This document shows, piece after piece, positions 26,572 to 34,329 of a stretch of 64,000 bases of DNA. Numbering within the stretch: position 1 is the first letter of the stretch; each line of letters opens with the position of its first letter. This DNA comes from Gemmatimonadota bacterium. Lineage in GTDB: Bacteria; Gemmatimonadota; Gemmatimonadetes; Palauibacterales; Palauibacteraceae. Below the pieces are notes generated by a model. That model did no database searches and was not told the origin of the DNA. It was given only the letters and a program-made list of their open reading frames with translations. The DNA is taken from the NCBI GenBank assembly GCA_039585235.1, contig JBDGWG010000022.1, positions 780 through 64,779 on the forward strand, in the 5' to 3' direction. Made by a program: the position numbers and the translations under genes.

Positions 26572-27303
26572 TTACGGCCGATTACACCCCGAAGCCGTAA
26601 AGTCGCGGTCCACGTCCCGCACGGCCTCGTACAGCGCAGCATCCCAGGGAATCAGATGGTCAGGAACCTCGCCGCTGTACGTCCGGCTGCGGGCGATGCT
26701 GTAGCGGGTCCAACCGTCGTCCACCTCCCCGTAGCTCCGTCGCAGCTGAGAGCAGGGCAGCCTATTCTGAGCGTACATGGCGGCCACAGCCCGATACCGG
26801 CTGATCGTCGCCTCCAGGCTTCGCGCCATCAGCGAGATCGGTTCGCTCGCCGTGACGGGTCGAGCGACGCCGGTGCTTGCGGCAGTTCCGAGCGAGGGGT
26901 CGCCAATCGACAGTTCGCCGACCGCCGAGGGAATACTCACGCCCTGAAGCGCTTCCGAGATCATGGGCCGCGCATCGGCCAGAATCGCCACGGGCCGGGC
27001 TCCAATAGCGATGCACGCCAGAGCGATGACGACGACAACCCCATCCACCGCGGTGTCCAGGAGACCGGATGCCCGCCACAGCGATCCGGCGCGCGCCAGA
27101 ACCCGCCGCCCGCGCGACCCGCGAGCACGGGATGTGCCCCCGCCTGAACGCCGCGATGCCGAAGACGGGTACGGAGAGCGGGAACCGGTCCGGCCCGGGA
27201 GGCCCTTGTCGAACTCCGCAAGGAGCTTGCGCAGGGTCTCGTCCGAACCGGAGGACAGCACTTCCGCTGCCAATCGCTCCGCGTCGGTCCAGTTGTTGGT
27301 CAT
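26572..27303 (-). CDS. Single-pass membrane protein carrying the same C-terminal Cys-pair ectodomain as the JAMM protein
   Basis: The ATG at 27303 begins MTNNWTDAERL. The TM segment is VVVVIALACIAIGA. The C-terminus RYRAVAAMYAQNRLPCSQLRRSYGEVDDGWTRYS...DFTASGCNRP aligns with RYRTVAKMFAAGRLACAPLREMYAEVDEGWTAFS...DFDVSGCDRP of 10392-12191. Confidence 0.7.
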   Translation of the reverse strand: MTNNWTDAERLAAEVLSSGSDETLRKLLAEFDKGLPGRTGSRSPYPSSASRRSGGGTSRARGSRGRRVLARAGSLWRASGLLDTAVDGVVVVIALACIAIGARPVAILADARPMISEALQGVSIPSAVGELSIGDPSLGTAASTGVARPVTASEPISLMARSLEATISRYRAVAAMYAQNRLPCSQLRRSYGEVDDGWTRYSIARSRTYSGEVPDHLIPWDAALYEAVRDVDRDFTASGCNRP

Positions 27304-27616
27304 GACCTCCCCCCGGGATTCCGCATCAGGTCCGGCATGGCCGGCGTTCGAAGGCGAGTCCCACCCCAATATACAGCGTTCGTTCATCCAGTTCACTCGA
27401 GACGGGATCGGCGCTCGACGCGTCAAGAGTCTCTATCGGGAAGGCTCACGGGGAACGCTCGCTCCCCGGCAGACGTTCAACCGGGCGCGTGACGGCAGGA
27501 AGACGGTGAGAGCGGATGGTGCTGACGACGAACCCTTCGGTACCCGTGCAGCGTATAGTAGACTGTGTCTTGCTCCGGTCGGGTTGGGATCCGTTTCGAC
27601 CCACCCCGGGGTGAGG

Positions 27617-27634
27617 GGCCGCACGCGTGCGGCC
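27617..27634. promoter_or_regulatory. 18-bp perfect GC-rich palindrome 20 nt upstream of the tonB-like start
   Basis: GGCCGCACGCGTGCGGCC. Confidence 0.25.
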
Positions 27635-27654
27635 ACGGGCGAGAGGAGCGAGCG

Positions 27655-28353
27655 ATGCCGGATCAGGAGATGCACTCAGTTCTGAAGGGCCTGCCGGAGG
27701 AAGAGGTCCTGACGGCCAATCAGCGGTTCAAGGACTCCTACCTCCTGGTCGGCGCCCTGGCCGTCTTCGCCTCCGTGGTCGTGCACTTCGCCGCCTTCGA
27801 GTTCTTTCCGAGGATCCAGGCAGCCGACTTCGATCTGATAGCGGACGAGCTGGCGGCGGTCGAGTTGCCGCCGGAGGTCAGGATACCTCCTCCTCCGGAG
27901 GCCATCGTGCGGCCGGCGCGCCCCCGCGTCGCCGAGACCGTCATGGACGAGGACATCACGATCGCCGCAACGACGTTCGACGAGAACCCGGCGTCCGAAC
28001 TCGCTCCGCCGCCTCCGGACGTGGAGATCGATCCGAGCGCACAACCCGTTTACGTGGATCGCGACACCGACCCTCGCCTGCTCAACGGCCCGGCGATGCT
28101 ACGTCTCCTGGGCGAGCTGTACCCGAGGCCGCTCAAAGAGGCCGGCATCGGCGGAGATGTCCTGATGTGGGTGTGGGTGGACGCCGAGGGAAACCCGGGC
28201 AACGCCCAGATCAATCGGTCCAGCGGTTACGAGCGACTGGATGCCACGGCTCTCGCGATCGCGGCGCAAATGAAGTTCTCGCCCGCCATGCTGCGCGACC
28301 AGGCCATCGGCGTGTGGGTTGCACAGCCGATCAGCTTCTCGGTCGATAACTAG
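27655..28353 (+). CDS. TonB-family energy transducer
   Basis: The ATG at 27655 follows GGAG. There is a TM anchor, a Pro-rich spacer (LPPEVRIPPPPEAIVRPARP) and a TonB C-terminal domain (YPRPLKEAGIGGDVLMWVWVDAEGNP...SSGYERLDATALAIA). Confidence 0.8.
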   Translation: MPDQEMHSVLKGLPEEEVLTANQRFKDSYLLVGALAVFASVVVHFAAFEFFPRIQAADFDLIADELAAVELPPEVRIPPPPEAIVRPARPRVAETVMDEDITIAATTFDENPASELAPPPPDVEIDPSAQPVYVDRDTDPRLLNGPAMLRLLGELYPRPLKEAGIGGDVLMWVWVDAEGNPGNAQINRSSGYERLDATALAIAAQMKFSPAMLRDQAIGVWVAQPISFSVDN

Positions 28354-28384
28354 GAAGTCTTCCGGTTGACAGGATCCCGCAGGC

Positions 28385-30160
28385 TCAGACGCTGACGAGC
28401 GCCACAATCGTCTGACCGGGCTGCGGGACCGGCGCGCCGCGGACCGTCATGACCGCGAGCTTCCCATCGTCCACCACGAACAACGGGATCGCGTCCGCGT
28501 GCTGCTCGAGGAAGTCTTTATAGCCGAAAGAGTCGCTGAGCGTTGTCGTCTTGACGTCGGCTCCGGCGTCAAACCGGGCCGTCAGCTGCCAGTACCCTGC
28601 ATCGGGCCTGAACAGGAATCTCCCCCGAAGGTGGCTACCAAGAAGTGTCTCATCCGTGGAGTTCTGGAGGCCGTCGGGCGGTAGCTGGAAGACGGAGTCC
28701 GCTCCCAGGATCTCGCTGAAGTTGAGGCCGCTAAGCGAATTGACCTCGTCGTTGGCGGTCAGGGCGAGGAGGCTGCCGATCCCGCTCAGGTCAATATGGT
28801 CGAGCGCCCCCTCGGTCAGAGTGCTTCCAAAGTAGGTAGGCAGGCCTGCCAATCGGGCTTGCGAGATGTTTCGGCGATTGCTGTCTGCCAACCGGACCTC
28901 GAGGCCGATCTCCTGGAGCTCTCGCGCGATCTCGCGAGCCCATGGATGAGCGCCCACGAACAGCACGCCCTGCGGCTCAGGCTGCGCAACGCCCAGACGG
29001 CGGGCCAACGGAGCCGCAGTGAATCCGTACACGACCACGGTGGCGATGATCACGAGGAAGGTGACGGAAGCGAGTTGGTCGGCGCCGGGGAAACCGTGCT
29101 GTGCGAGTTCGAGAGCGAACAGGGAGGACACTGCCGCCGCCACGATGCCGCGCGGCGCCACCCACCCGATCGCCAGGCGCTCGCGCCAGTCGAAGTCCGA
29201 CCCGAGGGTGGACAGGCCGACGGCCACGGGGCGCACGATGAGGATGAGCGCCGCGACGAAGCCGATTTCCCTCATCCCCACGGCGCGCAGGTCGGCCAGT
29301 TGCAGTCGAGCGGCCAGGATGATGAAAAGGGAAGAAATCAGGAGGACACGGAGGTTCTCCTTGAACTCCACTATGTGGCGTACGTTCACGGACTTCTGAT
29401 TGGCCATCACCACGCCCATCAGCGTGACCGTGAGCAGGCCGGACTCGGGTTGCAGAGAGTTGGAGGCGGCAAAGGCTGCCACCACGAGGGTCAGCGACAA
29501 TGGGCTCTGCAGGAACTCTGGCACCCAGCGGCGATCCAGGACCCAGATCATCAGGCCCGCCCCGACCCCTGAGAGCGCCGCGCCGATGACGACCGTCTTC
29601 AGGAGTCCCAGCGATCCGACGGTCCACGCGACCTCCAGCCCTCCCTCCAACAGCACCTCGAACACGAGCACAGCGAGGATGGCACCGATGGGATCGATGA
29701 GGATGCCTTCCCACTTGAGCGTGTTGCCCACCTGGGGACTCGGTCGCATCTGGCGGAGAAGGGGCACGATCACCGTGGGACCGGTGACGACCAGGATCGC
29801 GCCGAGCAGCAGAGACAGCTCGAGTCGAATGCCCAGGATGTAGTGGGCGGCGGCCGTGGCCAGGGCCCACGTGACCATCGCTCCCACGGACACGAGACTC
29901 GCCACCACCCGGCCCACCTGCCGCAGTTCGCGAATCCGAAGACTCGCGCCGCCCTCGAACAGGATGATGGCCACCGAGACGGAGACGATAGGGAAGAGCA
30001 GGGCTCCGAAGATGGCGTCGGGATTCAGCAGGCCGGTGAGCGGGCCGGCGACGATCCCGAACACCAGGAGCACGAGGATCGACGGGAGACCGACTCGCCA
30101 GGCGATCCATTCGGCCGCGATGCCGAGCGTGATGATCGCGGCGAGTGAGAGAAGCAGCAC
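28385..30160 (-). CDS. Na+/H+ (cation:proton) antiporter, CPA1-like, with a C-terminal soluble domain
   Basis: About 12 TM helices across 591 aa, with the typical FEGGASL motif (ILFEGGASLRIREL). Confidence 0.8.
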   Translation of the reverse strand: MLLLSLAAIITLGIAAEWIAWRVGLPSILVLLVFGIVAGPLTGLLNPDAIFGALLFPIVSVSVAIILFEGGASLRIRELRQVGRVVASLVSVGAMVTWALATAAAHYILGIRLELSLLLGAILVVTGPTVIVPLLRQMRPSPQVGNTLKWEGILIDPIGAILAVLVFEVLLEGGLEVAWTVGSLGLLKTVVIGAALSGVGAGLMIWVLDRRWVPEFLQSPLSLTLVVAAFAASNSLQPESGLLTVTLMGVVMANQKSVNVRHIVEFKENLRVLLISSLFIILAARLQLADLRAVGMREIGFVAALILIVRPVAVGLSTLGSDFDWRERLAIGWVAPRGIVAAAVSSLFALELAQHGFPGADQLASVTFLVIIATVVVYGFTAAPLARRLGVAQPEPQGVLFVGAHPWAREIARELQEIGLEVRLADSNRRNISQARLAGLPTYFGSTLTEGALDHIDLSGIGSLLALTANDEVNSLSGLNFSEILGADSVFQLPPDGLQNSTDETLLGSHLRGRFLFRPDAGYWQLTARFDAGADVKTTTLSDSFGYKDFLEQHADAIPLFVVDDGKLAVMTVRGAPVPQPGQTIVALVSV

Positions 30161-30276
30161 CTGGCTCAGCGGTCACGCTCCTTCTTGACGGCAGCTTTCT
30201 CGGGTCTCGGGGTCCCAGGTGTCATGCGATACCGTACGCACGAGCCAACCGTCCCGTCAACGGAATGCCGCGGAGT

Positions 30277-30561
30277 TCACCGCTCGACCGTGACGCCTCG
30301 CCAGAAGGCTATGTGGTCCTTGATGCGGGCAGCCGCCTCACTGGGGGCGGGGTAGTACCACGCGGCGTCGCGATTAACCTCCTCGTCGACGACGACGTCA
30401 TAGTACGATGCGACACCCTTCCACGGGCACCGCGTGTGTGTGTCGCTCTGCCGGAGGTAGTCCCGGCGAACCGACTCGGGAGGAAAATAGACGTTGCCCT
30501 CGACCTCTTCGAAGGCCTCGGATACGGCGATCACGATGTCGTGCCACACGGCTCGTGCCAC
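30277..30561 (-). CDS. DUF427-domain protein
   Basis: NVYFPPESV...CPWKGVASYYDV pattern across 94 aa. Confidence 0.7.
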   Translation of the reverse strand: MARAVWHDIVIAVSEAFEEVEGNVYFPPESVRRDYLRQSDTHTRCPWKGVASYYDVVVDEEVNRDAAWYYPAPSEAAARIKDHIAFWRGVTVER

Positions 30562-30749
30562 TGTCCCTCTCCAGTCTTGATTTCGAATGGTACGGCGACC
30601 TCACTGCCGAGCTGCGGCCCCAAATCGGGCTTCACTTTCGTAGTGAACGCGCGAGACGGGGCGTTCGTTCCCGCTGGCGCCGCGGAAACGTGGAAAGAGC
30701 GGGCACACGCGCCCGGCCGTGTCGCCCGGCCAGAAACGCATGGTCTGTA

Positions 30750-30777
30750 TTGACTTATCGAAAAAACAAAGTAATAT
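30750..30777 (+). promoter_or_regulatory. Near-consensus sigma70 promoter for the HTH gene
   Basis: TTGACT-16 nt-TAATAT sits in an AT-rich patch, 30 nt upstream of the ATG at 30807. Confidence 0.5.
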
Positions 30778-30806
30778 GAATAGTGACAACAACATGAGGA
30801 TTGACC

Positions 30807-31238
30807 ATGCGAGAGACACTTGGCGTACACGAGTTCGCCCGTTTGAGCGGCCGCCACTTCAACACCGTCTACAACTGGATTCGCGCCGGGGGAGTGTCGG
30901 CGCGGAAACAGGATGGGGAGTGGCGCATTCCCACCTCGGAGCTCGACCGCGTCCGGAGCCGCGGCGGCGAGGGGAGGGCCCAGTCTGAAGATCTCCTGGA
31001 TTGGTGGTCGCGTGAGTTCGAGCACACGATGCGCAGGCTCGTCCGGCTGTCGACCTGGATGGACCGTCTCGGCAAGCAGACGCTTTCCCGGCATGGCTCC
31101 AGCCAGACGCACGTCATGGCGGAGTCACGCTCGGACGAGCTTCAGGATATGGTGACGGAATTGCGTGACATTGCGTCCGCCATCGAGACGGCGGAGCGAA
31201 TCCGGCCCCGGCTGCTGGAGCTGCGGCGTCAGGCCTGA
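30807..31238 (+). CDS. Excisionase/MerR-type helix-turn-helix DNA-binding protein
   Basis: GAGGA RBS. The N-terminus LGVHEFARLSGRHFNTVYNWIRAGGVSARKQDGEWRIPTSEL is typical of excisionase-family HTH_17. The C-terminal half is uncharacterised. Confidence 0.65.
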   Translation: MRETLGVHEFARLSGRHFNTVYNWIRAGGVSARKQDGEWRIPTSELDRVRSRGGEGRAQSEDLLDWWSREFEHTMRRLVRLSTWMDRLGKQTLSRHGSSQTHVMAESRSDELQDMVTELRDIASAIETAERIRPRLLELRRQA

Positions 31239-31451
31239 CCGGGGCTCGACCAACTCAGCTCTCGCTCCCGCCAGCGTCTCCCGCCCACGCCTCTCAGGTC
31301 CGGGGCGATGTGGACCTGACCCAGGTATGGATGGAAGCATGGAATGAGGCCTCCGGAAGCCGCGTCTAAGTTCCAGTCGCGGGAACAACGAGGTTTCTGC
31401 GAGCACCGTAACGACCGGCGCGCCCGGTCGCGTGTACCACGGAGGTGGAGA

Positions 31452-32486
31452 ATGCGTTTTCGCACGGGAAGAATGGGTTGGGTCCGCGGCCGGCGCGCCC
31501 TCGCTGCCGGTCTGATCATCATCCTCGCAGGGCTTGCGGGCGCCTGCGATGGCTCGCCAACGGAGACCCAGGACGAGAGCACGACGGCCGCGGAGAGCGA
31601 CGTTGATCTCTCGATCGTCTTCGGCGACCTCGCCGAGGGGCTCGGATTGACCGACGATCAGATCGAGGCCGTGAGAACAATACTGGAGCGGTACCGGGGG
31701 CAGGAGAGACAGTCCGGCACGCTGTGGTACGCCGCGGCGGATCTGCAGGACGTCCTGAGTTCGGAACAGATCGACGCCCTTCTGGCACGGCAGGCGGAGC
31801 TCCGGGCCGAGAAGCGGGCCCGGCGCGGTGAGATGGGCGGACGGTTCGGCGATGAGTCTGGGCGTCGCAGCGGATTCCGAGGCCCCGGGTCGGACTCGGG
31901 AACGGACCCGGAAGAATTCCGCGACGCCCTGAATCTGTCCGACGAGCAACTCGCGGAGATGAAGCAGATTCGCGAGTCGTTTGCGCCGCAGCTCGAAGAG
32001 ATCCGTGACGGCGTCCGGTCCGGGAGCATAACTCGGGACGAGGCGAGAGCCCGGATAGATCAGATTCGCGAAGCGATGCACGAGGCGCTGGTTGGAATCC
32101 TCACAGAGGAGCAGCTCGCTGCCCTTGAGGAGCACAGGGCCCATGCCGAGGCCCGCCGTGGTGAGGCGGAGACCAGGCGTGAGGAGCGCGCGCAGGCGGC
32201 TCGGGCCGCCATGGTCGAAGCCCTCGGACTCACTGATGACCAGGTGGCCGCGATGGAGACTTTGAAGGACACCTTCAGACGGGAAGGGCGGCCGTCCGCC
32301 GAGGAAGCCGAGACTCGGCGCGAAGAGCACCGCCGGGCGATTCTCGATATCCTGGACGACGAGCAGGAGGAAATCTGGAGTCTGCACGGCGTGCTGTCGC
32401 AGCTGTTCGCCCGCCATCAGGCCGGAGTCCGGGCGAGAGACGGCCTTGCGAGCGACGGACGCCGGGGGAGGCGTGGCGGGGGCTGA
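31452..32486 (+). CDS. Periplasmic LTXXQ-repeat (Spy/CpxP-like) lipoprotein
   Basis: The ATG at 31452 follows GGAGGTGGAG, and the lipobox is LAGAC. Repeated motifs are LTDDQIEAV, LSSEQIDAL, LSDEQLAEM, LTEEQLAAL and LTDDQVAAM. Confidence 0.7.
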   Translation: MRFRTGRMGWVRGRRALAAGLIIILAGLAGACDGSPTETQDESTTAAESDVDLSIVFGDLAEGLGLTDDQIEAVRTILERYRGQERQSGTLWYAAADLQDVLSSEQIDALLARQAELRAEKRARRGEMGGRFGDESGRRSGFRGPGSDSGTDPEEFRDALNLSDEQLAEMKQIRESFAPQLEEIRDGVRSGSITRDEARARIDQIREAMHEALVGILTEEQLAALEEHRAHAEARRGEAETRREERAQAARAAMVEALGLTDDQVAAMETLKDTFRREGRPSAEEAETRREEHRRAILDILDDEQEEIWSLHGVLSQLFARHQAGVRARDGLASDGRRGRRGGG

Positions 32487-32561
32487 AGTCTGGAGAGTCT
32501 TGTTCCGGCGAGCTAGCTTCCGATCGACCTATTCGCGCCGGAACCGACCGGAGGGGCTCAC

Positions 32562-32984
32562 ATGCGCCCGTGGATTCGCTGGACCACCCGAATCGCTGGA
32601 CTGCTGATCACGGGCATCGGCCTCGTAACGACGTGGAAAGTCCTGTTTCCCCGGTTCGACGAGATGGGAGCCACGCTCGAGGGCTGGATGTTCCTGGGTC
32701 CCGCCCTCGTCACCTTCGGCCTGCTGCTGCTGTTGACCTCGGGTGCTGCCGGGAACGGTGGGGCGTCGATGGAAGGACGCGGTCCGCGCTTGCTGATGCA
32801 CATCGGGCTCGCGTTCCTGGCCCTGCCGACCCTGGCTTGGGCTTGGGACCGTACTTCGGGAACGGCAACTTCACACTACGCCTCGACGTTCACAGCCTTC
32901 GCTCTCGGGGTGCCCGGAATAGCGCTCGCGCTCACCGGTGCGGCCCTCTGGCTGTGGCGGAGAGTAAGAATGGCAGCGCCGTAA
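32562..32984 (+). CDS. Hypothetical polytopic membrane protein
   Basis: Four hydrophobic segments across 140 aa. No family was recognised. Confidence 0.5.
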   Translation: MRPWIRWTTRIAGLLITGIGLVTTWKVLFPRFDEMGATLEGWMFLGPALVTFGLLLLLTSGAAGNGGASMEGRGPRLLMHIGLAFLALPTLAWAWDRTSGTATSHYASTFTAFALGVPGIALALTGAALWLWRRVRMAAP

Positions 32985-33000
32985 AGGCGGAGGCGGCCGT

Positions 33001-33552
33001 CTAAGGGAGGATGCGGACCAGCGGCACCTGTACGTCCGGAGGACGTTCCTCCTTGAGCAGCTTCTCGTACACATAGCCGACCGCTGCTTTCTCCACTCGG
33101 TCGGAGGCCGCCGCGGGGAATACCGCGTACCAACCGGATTGGGCGAAGTCTACGCGCACGCTGTCTCCCGGTTCGAGGCGCGCGACGATCTCGCTCTCGG
33201 TGGTTCGCGCGGACCGGACGCGGGACGTGACGTGCACCCAGCGTAGCTCGCCCCAGTCGATCTGCCTCACTTCTGCCACTGGCACAAGGCCCAGGGTCTG
33301 TCGGATGCCTGTGAAGCCCAGCGTTCCCCCCATTCCGAGGACCGTGGTTGTGATCGCAGCTACTATGAAAACGCCAAGAAAGATCCGAACCTCGGCGAAT
33401 CGATTGCCGAATGAGGCACGAACTTTTGCATCCTGCACAGGATTGCTGTCAGCTCTCACAGGTCGTGCCTGAAAGTCGCAAGTCTCGCAATAACGGCGAC
33501 CTGGCGCTGCTGGACGCCCGCAGATGGGGCACGCCGGCGTACTCAAACCCAA
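33001..33552 (-). CDS. Zinc-ribbon / TM / SH3-like domain protein
   Basis: The TTG start follows GGAGG. It has CPICG...CETC, the TM segment IFLGVFIVAAITTTVLGM, and a C-terminal SH3b-like segment (VRSARTTESEIVARLEPGDSVRVDFAQSGWYAV). Confidence 0.6.
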   Translation of the reverse strand: MGLSTPACPICGRPAAPGRRYCETCDFQARPVRADSNPVQDAKVRASFGNRFAEVRIFLGVFIVAAITTTVLGMGGTLGFTGIRQTLGLVPVAEVRQIDWGELRWVHVTSRVRSARTTESEIVARLEPGDSVRVDFAQSGWYAVFPAAASDRVEKAAVGYVYEKLLKEERPPDVQVPLVRILP

Positions 33553-33594
33553 TAGCCTCCGCTGTGGTTTGCTTGGTGACCACTCCGGTATTCA

Positions 33595-33609
33595 GCATAT
33601 CCCGTGCCC
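33595..33609 (-). promoter_or_regulatory. Sigma54-like -24/-12 element upstream of 33552
   Basis: The minus strand reads GGGCACG-GGAT-ATGCT with GG-N10-GC spacing. The leader is about 30 nt. Confidence 0.3.
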
Positions 33610-33714
33610 AAAAGGGTGATCGAGCGATCCCACGCCGAGTCTTTGGAATATCATGCTCGTAGGACTCGTCTTACTATCTACCTGTACCGAATCCCGAACG
33701 AGGGGAGATAGAGC

Positions 33715-34308
33715 GTGATGTGGAACAGTATGATCCGGGCATGGCTCGCGGCGGCGATTCTCACGGCGGCCGCCGGCCTCCAGCCCGCGAACGGTCAGGA
33801 AGCCGATGGGGGCGAGCGCTCGATCGAGAGTGTGGCCGGCGACTGGGCGCTCAACCGCGCGCTCAGCGATGACCCGGCCGACCAGCTTCGGAGCGTGCGT
33901 GGGGCAGCGCCCCCGCCCGCTGGAATGGAACGAGGGGGCCGTCCGGCGCCGGATCGCTCGGGTTTCGAGGCGGTGCGCCGTGCCGCAGAGCGTTTCGGGA
34001 TCGAGCAGACCGATTCGACGGTTGTGGTCGCCTACCCGGACCGCGAGCTGGTCCTGTTTACGGACGGGCGGAAGCAGAGGGTGGATGTGGGGGAAGACCG
34101 TGAAGTAGAGTTCCACTCATGGTGGGACGGCGGAAGGCTGTTCATCGAGCGGAAACTCGACGGTGGAGTCGCCATGTCGCAAGAGTACTGGATTCAGAAA
34201 GGGACCGGGCGTCTCCATGTACTCACACAGGTGCGAGGCGACCGTCTCCCGAGGACGATCGCCTTCATGCGAGTGTACGAGCCGGCTGCCGACGATATGG
34301 AGGACTGA
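33715..34308 (+). CDS. Secreted hypothetical protein
   Basis: Signal peptide AWLAAAILTAAAGLQPANG. No family was recognised. Confidence 0.55.
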   Translation: MMWNSMIRAWLAAAILTAAAGLQPANGQEADGGERSIESVAGDWALNRALSDDPADQLRSVRGAAPPPAGMERGGRPAPDRSGFEAVRRAAERFGIEQTDSTVVVAYPDRELVLFTDGRKQRVDVGEDREVEFHSWWDGGRLFIERKLDGGVAMSQEYWIQKGTGRLHVLTQVRGDRLPRTIAFMRVYEPAADDMED

Positions 34309-34329
34309 GCGACGGCTCGGCCGGCTCGG

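Noticed and set aside
30562-31238. Prophage or integrative-element remnant inferred from the excisionase-type HTH
   Set aside because: No integrase, recombinase, phage structural genes, tRNA target or flanking direct repeats are visible. A single HTH gene is insufficient.
31344-31451. Upstream extension of the LTXXQ protein ORF (track start 31344)
   Set aside because: The extension encodes Arg-rich junk. A strong RBS (GGAGGTGGAG) and a lipoprotein signal begin at 31452.
31125-32417. 430-aa ORF on the minus strand
   Set aside because: It is antisense to the LTXXQ-repeat lipoprotein gene and to the HTH gene's 3' end. The translation is Arg/Pro/Leu-rich junk.
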